From assembly GCA_039794845.1 (NCBI GenBank), contig JAUQVK010000004.1, positions 1 through 62,292 on the forward strand: a stretch of 62,292 nucleotides of DNA, written 5' to 3'. The stretch's first letter is position 1; each line of letters starts with the position of its first letter. The stretch is from Thermostichus sp. DRC_bins_24 (lineage in GTDB: Bacteria > Cyanobacteriota > Cyanobacteriia > Thermostichales > Thermostichaceae). Shown piece after piece: positions 28,627 through 39,306 of this stretch. Made by a program: the position numbers and the translations under genes. A model generated the notes under the pieces. That model was not told the origin of the DNA, searched no databases, and saw only the letters and a list, made by a program, of their open reading frames with translations.

Positions 28627-29511
28627 TCAGACGGTGCGCAGGCTCACTTTAATGCCGACTCGGTAGATGCCGCTCTCGCAGAGTTCCAGGTGGCCATCCA
28701 TCTGTTGCAGCAATCGCTCGCTGACCCGCCAAGCGGCACTCAGATCCGGCTCGATCGGCACATGGCATCGCCCTTCTAGACTCCACTCCAGGCAGAGGCG
28801 CCCCTTTTCCTCTCCGGCAGGATAAGCTTGCAGGGCCATCGAACCGTAGCGCAGGGTGCGAATGCCCCAGCGGCATATCCCCAGTAACGCCTGTAGTAAG
28901 CCATAGGGATCCGCCCAAACGGTGAGGTCCTCTGAGAGGGGAGGTAAATCCGCCGCTGCAGGTGCCGAATCGGCCGGGTCTCGGAGGTGCAATGCCGGCC
29001 ACTCGTAGCGAATGCCCTGATCCTGGGCCTGTAAGCGAGTCAGGCTATGAACGTCCTGCAACAGTGGATAGAGGAGAAGTGGCTCCGGTTTTAGGGGTTG
29101 AATGGGCAAGTTGTGACGGGCGAGACGGGTGTACTCCTCTAAGAGCTTAATCAGGCGATCCACTCCTTCTTTGGCACTTTGGATGTATTCCCGCTCCTCT
29201 TCGGGGGAATCACACAGATTGGACAACACCAGTTGTAGGGATCCCATCTGGCTGCTGAGGGGGTTGCGCAGTTCGTGGCCAATACTGAGGAGCAACTCCT
29301 GTTGAAAGGCTCGCATCACCTCCGAGCGCTCAAAGGCAAATTGCCAATCCACCACCTTTTCCTCAGAGGTTGGGATTGGCTTCTGGGAGGGGCTATCGGG
29401 TTTGGAGCTGGCTGAGCGCAACGATTCCCTCAAAAGGTGTTCTGGATGGAAAGCTAGGGATCCCGCCTGTTTTGTGGTTTTTGGGTTTGGGAGGGGCATG
29501 TGCTGATCCAT
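28627..29511 (-). CDS. HisKA-containing protein with degenerate ATPase domain
   Basis: GHELRNPL H-box; no recognisable N/G1/G2 boxes; start uncertain. Confidence 0.75.
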   Translation of the reverse strand: MDQHMPLPNPKTTKQAGSLAFHPEHLLRESLRSASSKPDSPSQKPIPTSEEKVVDWQFAFERSEVMRAFQQELLLSIGHELRNPLSSQMGSLQLVLSNLCDSPEEEREYIQSAKEGVDRLIKLLEEYTRLARHNLPIQPLKPEPLLLYPLLQDVHSLTRLQAQDQGIRYEWPALHLRDPADSAPAAADLPPLSEDLTVWADPYGLLQALLGICRWGIRTLRYGSMALQAYPAGEEKGRLCLEWSLEGRCHVPIEPDLSAAWRVSERLLQQMDGHLELCESGIYRVGIKVSLRTV

Positions 29512-29572
29512 TCTGGATCCTATCTCGTTCTTCGAAATACACAAATGGAGCGCCGCCACTTATCCGGTAAAC

Positions 29573-30493
29573 TTACCCGGTGAATTGGGCGCTAACCACC
29601 CGTTCGATTCCCGCTAGATCCCGATGAACGTGGATCTGCTGGTAACAACCCATGACCTGCAACTGCTCCGCCACCCAAGGGGCTTGGCCTTGCATCACCT
29701 CCACTGCCCATAGGGAGTTCGGGGCAAGATAATCCGGCGCTTCCCGAATCAACAGCCGCAGACAGGCTAAACCATCTTCTCCGCCGTCAAGGGCTAGCCG
29801 AGGTTCGTGCAGCCTCACCTCTGGCATCAGGTGGGGGAGTTCAGCAGAGGGAATGTAGGGGGGGTTGGAGAGGAGGCCACGAATCTGCCCTCGCCAAGGT
29901 ACCAAAGGTTCGAACCAAGAGCCCTGCAACAATTTCACCCGCTCCTGGAGATGGTGGGTTGCCACATTGGCCGCCGCAACTGCCAAAGCCTGCGGACTCA
30001 AATCCACCGCCAACAGCTGCACCTGAGGATGGCTATGGGCCAGGGCAACAGCGAGGGCACCACTGCCCGTTCCCAGATCCGCAAAATAGGATCCCTGGGG
30101 CACAGGATGGGCCTGTAACCAAAGGGTTGCTTGCTCCAGCAACAACTCGGTTTCCGGACGCGGGATCAACACCGCTGGGGTCACCTGTAGCTCCAGACCC
30201 GCCCACTCCACCTTTCCCAACAGGTATTGCAGGGGAATGCGTTCTTCCAGCCGCCGTCGCCAAAGGGCTTGCACCGCCTGCAAGGGATCCCCATCCTGGC
30301 CGGGAGCCAGTTCCTCGAGCTCGTCCCTCGGAGCACGCCCCATCAGCCGCTGCAAGGGCCCCCAGCCCAGCTTATCCTTGAGCAAAATCTCCACCTCCTC
30401 GGCGGGGATCCCGGCGGCCTTTGCCATTGCTAGAGCTTGGGCACGCCACTCCAGTAAGCGCTTCACCCGCGCAGGTTCAGACAGGGATCCCAT
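29573..30493 (-). CDS. prmC: Release factor glutamine methyltransferase
   Basis: LIPRPETE, DLGTGSG, SNPPY, ALDGGEDGL. Confidence 0.96.
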   Translation of the reverse strand: MGSLSEPARVKRLLEWRAQALAMAKAAGIPAEEVEILLKDKLGWGPLQRLMGRAPRDELEELAPGQDGDPLQAVQALWRRRLEERIPLQYLLGKVEWAGLELQVTPAVLIPRPETELLLEQATLWLQAHPVPQGSYFADLGTGSGALAVALAHSHPQVQLLAVDLSPQALAVAAANVATHHLQERVKLLQGSWFEPLVPWRGQIRGLLSNPPYIPSAELPHLMPEVRLHEPRLALDGGEDGLACLRLLIREAPDYLAPNSLWAVEVMQGQAPWVAEQLQVMGCYQQIHVHRDLAGIERVVSAQFTG

Positions 30494-30514
30494 CGGAGAT
30501 GGACTTGTTAGAGC

Positions 30515-31363
30515 TTAAGGATTGGCAGGTCGAGCCAGAGATTGAATGTATTCGAGTGCAGAGCGGGAGGGAATGAAGGCGATCTTCTGCACATCCGCCT
30601 GAGCATCGGGGGCCAGCATCCGCTCCACCACAATGGCCAAAGAGGTGACCTCAATTTGGGTTTGCTGCACCACCTCTGGGTTTTGCGCTGCAGCCCGATC
30701 CAAAGTGCTTCTGAGGTCGTTGCGATCGAAGAAGAAGGGCACTACCTCATACCCGTCCTGTTCAATGGTGAGCAAGCCTTCCCCAGAGCGACCGTAGAAG
30801 AGGGGTACGCCGATCGCCTCCGGCGGTACATCTTGACCGGTTTGCTGCAGCACCTGCTTTGCCGCCTCAACATCGGAAGACCGAGGCACCACCTCGAAGA
30901 CAATATCCGCATTTCTGGCCCGCTCTTCTTCCGACTTCTCATAGGCGTAGCCCAAAGACAGCGGAACAACTCGGGCTTGGCTGGCCACATCAGGGCTACT
31001 GGCCTTCACCTGCTGCAACACCTGCTGGGCTTGGGCTTGATCCAACCAAAAAGATGCCACCTGTAGGGTGCGCCCCTCCCGCTCCACGTTGGCCACTACC
31101 GGCGTTCCGTCCTGAGAAACAATGGCAAAAACGGGCACCAAATTCAGTCGCTCTGCCACCTCTTGACGACTCATGGGCCCTGCCGGTGCCGCCTGAGCCA
31201 GCAGAAGGCTTTCTTGGGCTAGGACGGGAGCTGCGCTTAAGCCTCCCCACGCGATTCCGAACAAGAGCCCAGCCATACCGCTCGCTCGAGCTGCACGACG
31301 CCAAAGGGATCGCGCAGACGGTACCACATTCCAGCACATCATTCTCATCTCCACTCCCGGCAT
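30515..31363 (-). CDS. Tic22 family protein
   Basis: LNLVPVFAI...GTP, VVPLSLG, GVPLFY, VPFFFD; signal peptide; start uncertain. Confidence 0.85.
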   Translation of the reverse strand: MPGVEMRMMCWNVVPSARSLWRRAARASGMAGLLFGIAWGGLSAAPVLAQESLLLAQAAPAGPMSRQEVAERLNLVPVFAIVSQDGTPVVANVEREGRTLQVASFWLDQAQAQQVLQQVKASSPDVASQARVVPLSLGYAYEKSEEERARNADIVFEVVPRSSDVEAAKQVLQQTGQDVPPEAIGVPLFYGRSGEGLLTIEQDGYEVVPFFFDRNDLRSTLDRAAAQNPEVVQQTQIEVTSLAIVVERMLAPDAQADVQKIAFIPSRSALEYIQSLARPANP

Positions 31364-31744
31364 CCTGCCTTGTTCTGGTTGCTATGGGGTCAGATCCCTG
31401 GATGCTAGCCAGCAGATCCCCCTGGGACATCTCGCCTAGGCTGAACCTGCTCGATACAACTGGGGCTAGCGATGCGGCACACTCTCGGTATTAGGGATCG
31501 AGGTCGGTCATGGCTGACGATACCCCCGGCACACCTATCTTGACGAGCGCTCATGGGCCACCCTAGAAGCCAAGGTTAGAACATCTGCTCGGCCACTGTC
31601 GAGGGGGAAAGCCCCGGTTTTGGGTGGGGATCCCGCATCACCCATACTATATACGGAGTAATCAAAAAGCGATCCACACTAAATACAGATCCCGGTGGAT
31701 CCCGGTTGTGAGAGAGGCTAGCCCACCCGTGGGAGCTGGATGCC

Positions 31745-32560
31745 CTAAACAAACACCATCGGCTTGTGACGGATTTTCTCAAAAGCCGCAGCATCAAAAC
31801 AGTAGAGGGTGGCCGGCCGGCCCGCCCCTTGGGTGCTTTTCTGGCCGGTATCCCGCAAAATACCCAACTTTAGCAAGCGGGCGCGGAAATTCGAGTAATC
31901 GGAGAAGCCTTCCCCCAAAACGGTGCCGTAGAGTTGGTAAACCTCCCCTAGGGTGAAGGTGGTGGGCAAAATATCAAATGCAATTGGGCTGTATTCCAAC
32001 TTGGCGCAGAGGCGACGGCGGGCATAGCGGCAAATCTCTTGGTGATCAAAAGCCAAGGTGGGAAGTTGGTCGGCAGGATACCAGGCAATGCCTTCTACTC
32101 CATCCGCTAACAGTTCGGTATCTTGAAAGCGCACCAGGGCGAAATAGCTGACCGACAAGTAGCGCACCCCGTAGGCATCGGCAGCTTCACGGGGATCCCG
32201 CTCTGGCCCGCCAAAGGTGTAGAGTTGTTCGAGATACAGATTCTCTACGCGGATTTTCTCCGCCAAGATGCGATAGGCCGCTGCCTCTAGGGATTCCGAG
32301 CGCCGCACCAGAGTACCTGGCAAAGCCCAGTAACCACGAAAAGGGTCCTCCCGTCGCCGCACCAGCAGCACCAAGAGGCGATTTTGCTCGGTATCTATGG
32401 AGAAAATGACAGCATCCACCCCAACCCGGAACTCTGCCAAGTTGGTGCGTTCCTCCGCTGTGCCCCCGATGATGCGGGATCCCTGCATAGAATAGCCCCG
32501 AACTTCCACCAACAGCCTACCCAGTTTGCTGCCGGATGGGGATCCACCGGCTTGGCTCAT
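31745..32560 (-). CDS. nrtR: NrtR-type NUDIX/wHTH transcriptional regulator
   Basis: WALPG, LEQLYTFG..RDPR, LAFDH, NFRARLL, GRPATLY. Confidence 0.85.
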   Translation of the reverse strand: MSQAGGSPSGSKLGRLLVEVRGYSMQGSRIIGGTAEERTNLAEFRVGVDAVIFSIDTEQNRLLVLLVRRREDPFRGYWALPGTLVRRSESLEAAAYRILAEKIRVENLYLEQLYTFGGPERDPREAADAYGVRYLSVSYFALVRFQDTELLADGVEGIAWYPADQLPTLAFDHQEICRYARRRLCAKLEYSPIAFDILPTTFTLGEVYQLYGTVLGEGFSDYSNFRARLLKLGILRDTGQKSTQGAGRPATLYCFDAAAFEKIRHKPMVFV

Positions 32561-32689
32561 GAAAAGCCCCTAGCTGGAAAGGGTTTGGGGAGTAACCGCC
32601 AAGGCAGGTTCCGGCTCAGCTTTTTGGCGCAGATCCCGAAGTGTTTGAGGCCTCGGGGCGGGGGCCCCAATAAAGATCCCAGAAAGATT

Positions 32690-32727
32690 CAAAAAGATAA
32701 AGGGTGGATCTCGGGCGAGATCCACCC
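32690..32727 (-). terminator. Intrinsic terminator after NTRC
   Basis: Perfect inverted repeat GGGTGGATCTC/GAGATCCACCC (32702-32727) followed on the minus strand by TTTATCTTTTT. Confidence 0.75.
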
Positions 32728-32765
32728 CAAAGCTCAAGCAGGGCTGTAATTGGTTTGGACGGATT

Positions 32766-34172
32766 CTAGTTGGACAGATTGGCCTGGATCACCTCTCGGT
32801 ACTGGGATTTGGGCTTCACGCCGACCAGCTGGGCCACCAACGCCTTGTTTTTGAAAAACTGCACGGTTGGGGTGCCCGTTACCCCTCCTGCCTCCGCGAT
32901 CTCGGGGTCCTTCTCGATGTCGATATCCACCACATGCAACTTGTCTTGGAACTCATCGACGATTTTGTTCAGGATTGGCTTGAGGGCATGGCAGGGGCCG
33001 CAGGTGGGAGCGGTGTACTTCACCATGGGCGGCCGATCACTTTCGTGATAGAGCCGCCGCAGAGCATAGCCCCCTTCATGGCGCACAGCGTTCAAATCAA
33101 AGCCGTTGTCGCCGTTCTCCGCAAAACTGGCCTCCTCAACGGTAGATTCTGCTTCGGGAGCAGCGGTATGACTTGCTTCAGCATGGCTTTCGGGAAGGAC
33201 ATGAAACTCTTGGGCCAAGCCGTGCTCGGAGAGCCAACGCTCCGCCAGCATCGCCGCCATACACCCTGTGCCGGCAGCGGTGATCGCCTGACGAAACTCG
33301 TGATCCTGCACATCCCCGGCGGCAAACACCCCTTCGACACTGGTGGCCACGGATCCCGGCCGGGTGACGATGTAGCCGATCTCATCCAGCTCCAGTTGCC
33401 CTTTGAACAGGTCGGTGTTGGGTTTGTGGCCGATGGCGTAGAATAGGCCACCTGCAGGGAGTTCTTGGATTTCGCCGGTTTGGTTGTTGCGGATTTTCAC
33501 CGCGGTTAGGCGCAGTTCGTTCCCCAACACCTCTACGGCCTCGGTGTGCCAGTGCACCGTGATTTTCGGGTTGTTGAGAACGCGATCCTGCATAGCTTTG
33601 CTGGCCCGCATTTTGTCGCTTCGCACCAGCATGTGCACATGGGATCCAAACTTGGTCAGGTAAGTAGCCTCTTCACAAGCGGTATCTCCGCCGCCGATCA
33701 CCACCAATTCCACCCCCTTGAACATGGGCATAGCCCCATCACAGATGGCACAGGCGGACATGCCCCGGTTCCAGTAGGTGTCTTCCCCCGGCAGATGCAG
33801 GCGCTTGGCCGTAGCCCCGGTGGCAATGATGAGGCTGTGGGTGCGAACTTCCCGTTCTTCGGAACGGACGATGAAGGGCCGCCGGCTCAGGTCCACAAAG
33901 GTGACATCTTCGGTGTAAAGTTCAGCCCCCCAGCGCTGGGCTTGAGCCTTCATGTCCTGCATCAGTTGCGGGCCAGTAATGCCTTGAGGGAAGCCCGGAA
34001 AGTTTTCCACTTCGGTGGTGGTCATTAGCTGTCCGCCTGGGATCCCTCCTGCTTGGAAACCCTCAAACACGACGGGCTTCAGGTTGGCGCGCCCAGCATA
34101 AATGGCTGCTGTAAATCCAGCAGGGCCAGAACCGATGATCACCACATTCTCAACCCGACTTTGCTCTGTCAT
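32766..34172 (-). CDS. ntrC: NADPH-thioredoxin reductase with fused thioredoxin (NTRC)
   Basis: GSGPAG, CAIC, GGGD, AAGDVQD; C-terminal TCGPC thioredoxin domain. Confidence 0.92.
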   Translation of the reverse strand: MTEQSRVENVVIIGSGPAGFTAAIYAGRANLKPVVFEGFQAGGIPGGQLMTTTEVENFPGFPQGITGPQLMQDMKAQAQRWGAELYTEDVTFVDLSRRPFIVRSEEREVRTHSLIIATGATAKRLHLPGEDTYWNRGMSACAICDGAMPMFKGVELVVIGGGDTACEEATYLTKFGSHVHMLVRSDKMRASKAMQDRVLNNPKITVHWHTEAVEVLGNELRLTAVKIRNNQTGEIQELPAGGLFYAIGHKPNTDLFKGQLELDEIGYIVTRPGSVATSVEGVFAAGDVQDHEFRQAITAAGTGCMAAMLAERWLSEHGLAQEFHVLPESHAEASHTAAPEAESTVEEASFAENGDNGFDLNAVRHEGGYALRRLYHESDRPPMVKYTAPTCGPCHALKPILNKIVDEFQDKLHVVDIDIEKDPEIAEAGGVTGTPTVQFFKNKALVAQLVGVKPKSQYREVIQANLSN

Positions 34173-34506
34173 GCGCTGTGTCTCCTTCTGCAACAGGGAT
34201 ACCAAGTCAAACTCATAATGACTACGTTTTAGCTTAACATCCTTTGACAGATTGGACGAGGTTAGGATCTGTTGCTCCCATTCTCACCTCATTGACGGTC
34301 TCCCCATTGCCGGTGGAGAGGGATTCTTGAGGGATTCTTCCGGCACCCACCCCCATCGTTTGAGCGGCCTTTGGGTTGCCCTCTGTCAACTTTTGGGTGA
34401 TCGGGTCGGCCTCTAGGGAGCCCTGGATCAGTTCTGTTGGGTTTCGGAGAGGGCGGATAAGCCCCCTAAGATAGTCCTAGAAATCTAGAGATTCATCCTG
34501 TTGCCC

Positions 34507-35424
34507 ATGACCGCTTCTCGTGTTGCCGCCCCCACCCTAACCAGTCGTTTGGTGAATGGTTTCCTCTCCATCAAGCCCCTGTTTCATTGGGCAAAAGGTC
34601 AGGCTCGCAGCCTGATGATCAAACGGGCCACCAACATCGGGGTGGATTGGTTGGGTCGGGTCCAAGCCTTGATGACCCAAGATCTGGCGGCAGAGTTGGC
34701 AGCAGTCGAAAATCCCGAGCTGGTTTACCCAAACTATTACCTGCGGCCCTTTCACGCCTACGATGCCGGAAATTTAAGCTGGGAAGCTGCCGTTGAGGTG
34801 GAAGTGGCTGCCTATGCCGTGCATGCCCGGATTTGGCCAGATGCCGGAGCCCAAGGGGATCCCCGCCTGCGCCAGAGCTACCATCGGGTGTTGCAGGAGC
34901 GGATCCCGGCTGCACCAGAGCGCATTCTGGATCTGGGCTGTAGCGTCGGCATGAGCACCTTTGCCCTCCAAGATCTCTACCCCGAAGCAGAAGTGAGCGG
35001 CTTGGATCTTTCCCCTTATTTTCTGGCGGTGGGCAATATCCGCGCTCGGGAGCAAGGTCGGCAGGTGAACTGGATCCATGCCGCGGCAGAGTCCAGCGGG
35101 TTGGAATCAGGCCGTTACGACTTGGTATCCGCCTGTCTGCTGTTTCATGAGTTGCCCCAATCGGCAGCCCGACAGATTTTGACGGAAGCACACCGCGTGC
35201 TCAAGCCCAGTGGTTATTTTGCCCTCATGGACATGAACCCGGCTTCTCCTGTGTATGCACAGATGTCGCCGGTGATCCTCACCCTCCTGAAAAGCACCGA
35301 GCCGTATCTGGATCAGTATTTCAGACTGGATTTGGTGCAAGCCCTAGAGCAAGCAGGTTTTGAAGAGATCACCCTGCAACCCAACACCCCCCGTCATCGG
35401 GTGGTGCTGGCCCGCGCCAGTTGA
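34507..35424 (+). CDS. Class I SAM-dependent methyltransferase
   Basis: FHAYDAGNL, LDLGCSVG, LDLSPYFL, LFHELP, KSTEPYLD. Confidence 0.9.
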   Translation: MTASRVAAPTLTSRLVNGFLSIKPLFHWAKGQARSLMIKRATNIGVDWLGRVQALMTQDLAAELAAVENPELVYPNYYLRPFHAYDAGNLSWEAAVEVEVAAYAVHARIWPDAGAQGDPRLRQSYHRVLQERIPAAPERILDLGCSVGMSTFALQDLYPEAEVSGLDLSPYFLAVGNIRAREQGRQVNWIHAAAESSGLESGRYDLVSACLLFHELPQSAARQILTEAHRVLKPSGYFALMDMNPASPVYAQMSPVILTLLKSTEPYLDQYFRLDLVQALEQAGFEEITLQPNTPRHRVVLARAS

Positions 35425-35445
35425 GGTGATTTTGGATCCCGACCC

Positions 35446-36648
35446 TTACCGTTTGCCCAAACCGAGGGTTTTTTCCACATGCTTGGCGGCGTAGGCCATG
35501 GCAAAGCAGCAGATGAAGTAAATTACCCCGATAAAAAACAGCACTTCCCTCTGGGTGCCCAGCCAATTGGGATTGGTAAACACCACCCGCCCCGCCTGCA
35601 ACAGGTCAATCAGGCCGATGATAAACACCAAAGAGGTATCCTTAAACAGGGTTAAAAACTCATTCACCAAAGCCGGTACTGAAGCCCTAAGGGCCTGGGG
35701 CAACACCACCAACCAAGTAATTTGAAAGGGATTGAGCCCCACCGCCTTAGCCGCCTCCACCTGCCCGCGGGACACCGCCTGCAACCCTCCCCGCACATCC
35801 TCCGCCACATATACCGCCGTAAACAAAATAAAAGCCACCTCCGCCCGAATGATCAGGTTCACGGAGAGTCCCCGTAGGAAAAAGGGCACCAGTAGCCAAG
35901 CGGCAAACAAAATCGTCGTCAGAGGAACCCCCCGCACCAACTCAATCAGCAGGGTGCAGAAAATCCGGATCACCGGCAGCTCCCGATTGGCCCGCCCCAA
36001 GGCCAGCAGCACCCCAATGGGAAAAGCAATGATCAAAGCCGCCGCCGCCAAAATCAACGTCAGCAACAACCCCGACAACTGCTCCGCCCGCACCCCCGGC
36101 AAGCGGTCCGTGATCTGGCCCAACAACAATTCCAAAGCAATCGGCAGCACCAACCCCCAGATCAGGATGGAAGCCAGCCGTAGAGACTGTCGCTGCCAGG
36201 TGAGGCCCAGACTGGCATAGGTGATAGCTCCCATGCCCAGCAGCCACCAGCGAGACTGGCCCAGGGGCAACAAACTGGCCAGGGCAAAAGCCACTCCCAA
36301 CACCAACAAATACTGGCGCAGCACCCCTCCCCAGGCTCCTCCCGCCATACCTAAGGTCGCCAAGACAATCCCCAGCACCACCCACACCCGCCACAGCTGG
36401 GAGCTGGGATAGGTGCCTGTGGCGAAGATCTTCAGGTTGGCAGGGATCACCGCCCAATTGGCCTGGCCAAAGGCCCAGTTCCAGAAGGTGGACACCACCC
36501 AAGCCAACACCAAAGCGGAGGCCAAGGTAAGCAGGGTACTGAACCAAGAGTCGAAGAGGTTGCGGCGGGCCCAAGCAACGGGGCTGAGCTTTTCCTGAGG
36601 GGGAAGCAGTTTCTCTTCAGCAAGAGGAGAAGAAAGGCTACTGGTCAT
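35446..36648 (-). CDS. Polar amino-acid ABC permease (AapM/NatH-like)
   Basis: WARRNLF, IELVRGVPL, GQVEAAKAVGL, LFKDTSL. Confidence 0.93.
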   Translation of the reverse strand: MTSSLSSPLAEEKLLPPQEKLSPVAWARRNLFDSWFSTLLTLASALVLAWVVSTFWNWAFGQANWAVIPANLKIFATGTYPSSQLWRVWVVLGIVLATLGMAGGAWGGVLRQYLLVLGVAFALASLLPLGQSRWWLLGMGAITYASLGLTWQRQSLRLASILIWGLVLPIALELLLGQITDRLPGVRAEQLSGLLLTLILAAAALIIAFPIGVLLALGRANRELPVIRIFCTLLIELVRGVPLTTILFAAWLLVPFFLRGLSVNLIIRAEVAFILFTAVYVAEDVRGGLQAVSRGQVEAAKAVGLNPFQITWLVVLPQALRASVPALVNEFLTLFKDTSLVFIIGLIDLLQAGRVVFTNPNWLGTQREVLFFIGVIYFICCFAMAYAAKHVEKTLGLGKR

Positions 36649-36651
36649 GGG

Positions 36652-37815
36652 TTATCGCTCCACCAATCTGACGCGGGCGTTGAGCCAATTCATGCCGTAG
36701 GAGACCACCAGGTTTATGGCGAGGTAGGTGGCCATGATGATGGCGAACATTTCCACCGAGCGCCCCGACTGGTTGATGATGGTGCTGCTGATGTTGAACA
36801 GGTCGGAAAAGCCGACGGCGATGGCCAAGCTGGAGTTTTTGATCAGGGTGAGGTACTGGGTGTTCAAGGAGGGGATCATAATCCGCAGCGCCTGCGGCAC
36901 GATCACCAGCCGGAAGGTTTCCAACTCCGATAGGCCAATCGCCCGAGAGGCTTCCCACTGTCCCCGCTGCACTGCCAAAAAGGAGCCCCGCACCACTTCT
37001 GCAATGTAGCAACCCGTGTAGGTCACCAACCCCAGCATCATGGCTGTAAATTCCGCCGAAAGCTTTGCCCCACCTCGAAAGTTAAAGCGATCCAGCACGG
37101 GAATATCCAGTCGCAAAGGAGCCTCGGGAAAGAGGATCCAACAGGCCACCGCCAGCAACAGCACACCCAGAACCACGAGAAGGTTCCGTTGAACCGGGCC
37201 CACATCCGGACGCCGCGCCAGCAGCACCTTGCGAATGCCCCAAGCAGCCCCCCCCAAGATTGCCACCGTCGGTAGCAACCACCAACTGGGATCCAAACTG
37301 GGCAGATTCACCCCCCGCTGGCTGATGAACAAAAAGCCGCCGACCGAAAAGCTATCGCGCACTCCCGGCAAGGTAAGGATCACCCCCTGGTACCAAAAGA
37401 TGACGATCAACAGCACCGGGATATTACGAAACACCTCCGTAATCACTGTGGCCAGCTGACGGGCCAGCCAGTTGCTGGAAAGGCGCGCTATCCCCAGGAT
37501 CATCCCCATCACCGTCGCCAAGACAATGCTGACGGAGGACAGCCAAAGGGTGTTCACCACGCCCACCCAAAAGGCCTTCAGGTAGCTCTCTGAGGGGTCG
37601 TAGGGGATCCCTTCCGTGATGCCAAAGTTGGCACTGTTGCGCAGGAAGTTAAATCCCAGGCTGACCCCCACCCGCCGCAGACTGGTCACCAGGTTTTGGC
37701 TGAGAATGCCAAACACCAGCAGCACGGCAAGAACAAAGGCCACCTGCAAAACAACCTTTAGAATCCGTTCATCCCGCCACCAAGGGGGATGGGGTTGGCT
37801 AGACAGGAGAGTCAT
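36652..37815 (-). CDS. Polar amino-acid ABC permease (AapQ/NatG-like)
   Basis: WRDER, ARLSSNW, FRNIP, GQWEASRAIGL, LIKNSSLA. Confidence 0.93.
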   Translation of the reverse strand: MTLLSSQPHPPWWRDERILKVVLQVAFVLAVLLVFGILSQNLVTSLRRVGVSLGFNFLRNSANFGITEGIPYDPSESYLKAFWVGVVNTLWLSSVSIVLATVMGMILGIARLSSNWLARQLATVITEVFRNIPVLLIVIFWYQGVILTLPGVRDSFSVGGFLFISQRGVNLPSLDPSWWLLPTVAILGGAAWGIRKVLLARRPDVGPVQRNLLVVLGVLLLAVACWILFPEAPLRLDIPVLDRFNFRGGAKLSAEFTAMMLGLVTYTGCYIAEVVRGSFLAVQRGQWEASRAIGLSELETFRLVIVPQALRIMIPSLNTQYLTLIKNSSLAIAVGFSDLFNISSTIINQSGRSVEMFAIIMATYLAINLVVSYGMNWLNARVRLVER

Positions 37816-37896
37816 GGGAACAAGAGTTGAGTTTCAAGAGGGATGGATCGCTTGGGCCACTTAGCTCAATGACCCTAGCAGGGCAAGGAGCTGCTT

Positions 37897-37945
37897 TTTG
37901 TACGGATTTGATTTGTACGGATTTGATTTGTATGGATTTGATTTG
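37897..37945. repeat. Tandem repeat, 3 x 15 bp (TTTGTAYGGATTTGA)
   Basis: Copies start at 37897, 37912 and 37927 (one mismatch), plus a partial TTTG. Confidence 0.9.
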
Positions 37946-38170
37946 GAGTGGATACGGCTGACAAAGGCCGGAGCTTGCAATCTATTTGAATAGAAAGGTG
38001 AATAGGAAGGGAGACGCAAACCCAAGACCAGGATCTCCAATCCAGCCGCTTCTCGGGATGGTTGATTCGGGATGCCCTCTCAGGAGATCCCCCTTCCCTC
38101 CAGAACCAGTGAACTTCAAAGGGGTAGCGAGAATCTCAGATCTCGGCCGGTACGGATCCTCCAATAAGGT

Positions 38171-38221
38171 GGGGGTCGAATTCCCCTCGGCCTCCGGTGG
38201 AAAACCAAGGGGAACTCCCCC
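38171..38221 (-). other. Stable mRNA stem-loop after the substrate-binding gene
   Basis: Minus strand GAGTTCCCCTTGGTTTTCC-ACC-GGAGGCCGAGGGGAATTC; ~18-bp stem with G-U pairs. Confidence 0.7.
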
Positions 38222-38259
38222 GTAGCCGCCAAGCACCACCCTCCTAACCCCTGTGGGGA

Positions 38260-39306
38260 TTAGCGGAAGGGAGGAGCGTACTGGATCCCGCCCTGGGTGT
38301 AGGGTTGGTTCAAGCCCCGGCTGACCCCCAGCGGCGTTAGGTGCCGCTCAAAAATTTCCCCGTAGTTGCCCACGGCCCTAATGATGTTCACCGTCCAGTC
38401 GGGGGCTAAGCCCATCACTTCTCCCAGGTTGCCATCTTGGCCCAGAAAGCGGCGGATGTCGGGATCTTCAGACTGGAGAAACTCGTCCACATTGGCACTG
38501 GTGATCCCCTTTTCTTCGGCATAAAACAGGGCAAACACCGTCCAGTTCATGATGTCGGAGAAGCTTTCATCCCCCTGCGGCACCAGCGGCCCCAAGGGTT
38601 CTTTGGAAATCACATCCGGCAAAATCACATGGTCATCGGGGGAAGCCAAGCTGGCCCGCCGAGAAATCAAGGCACTTTGGTCACTGGTGATGGCATCACA
38701 ACGGCCTTCCTCATAGGCATTGAAGGAGGAATCGTCCCCATCAAAGGTCACCGGCGTAAAGGCAATTCCACGGGCCCGGAAGGTATCGGCCAAGTTCAAC
38801 TCAGTGGTGGTTCCGGCGATCACGCAGATGGTGGCCCCGTCCAGATCTTCTAGGGATTCAATGTTCAGCTCTTTGCGGGTCAAAAACCCTTGGCCGTCGT
38901 AGTAGGTGGTGGGACCAAAGGTAACTGCCCATTCCCGGTCGCGGGTGAGGGTCCAGGTGGTGTTGCGGCTGATGATGTCCACTTCGCCTGCCTGGATGGC
39001 CGATTGCCGGTTGGCGGCCGTTAAATATACGTACTGAATTTTGTCCGGATCCCCAAACAGGGCTGCAGCCACAGCTCGGCAAATGTCGATATCAAAGCCC
39101 ACATAATTCCCGTCTTCGTCGAGATTACCGAATCCGGGCAACTGGTTGTTGACCCCGCAGATCAGCTCCCCCCGTGCTTTTACCCGCTCGGTGAGCTGGG
39201 CTTGAACCGGCAGAGCAGTCCAGCCAATGCTGCCCACCGCAATCGCTAAGGCTCCACCCAAAGGAGCCATCCAGTTCATCCAGTGTTTCATTGAAAGACC
39301 TCTCAT
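38260..39306 (-). CDS. Amino-acid ABC substrate-binding protein (AapJ/NatF-like)
   Basis: Signal peptide; RGELICGV, SRNTTWTLTRD, GTTTELNL, ISKEPLGP, VGNYGEIF, YAPPFR. Confidence 0.95.
   Translation of the reverse strand: MRGLSMKHWMNWMAPLGGALAIAVGSIGWTALPVQAQLTERVKARGELICGVNNQLPGFGNLDEDGNYVGFDIDICRAVAAALFGDPDKIQYVYLTAANRQSAIQAGEVDIISRNTTWTLTRDREWAVTFGPTTYYDGQGFLTRKELNIESLEDLDGATICVIAGTTTELNLADTFRARGIAFTPVTFDGDDSSFNAYEEGRCDAITSDQSALISRRASLASPDDHVILPDVISKEPLGPLVPQGDESFSDIMNWTVFALFYAEEKGITSANVDEFLQSEDPDIRRFLGQDGNLGEVMGLAPDWTVNIIRAVGNYGEIFERHLTPLGVSRGLNQPYTQGGIQYAPPFR

Noticed and set aside
37982..38239. 85-aa and 79-aa ORFs in the ABC operon spacer
   Set aside because: Pro/Gly-rich, no recognisable motif, and overlapping a hairpin that explains the sequence better.
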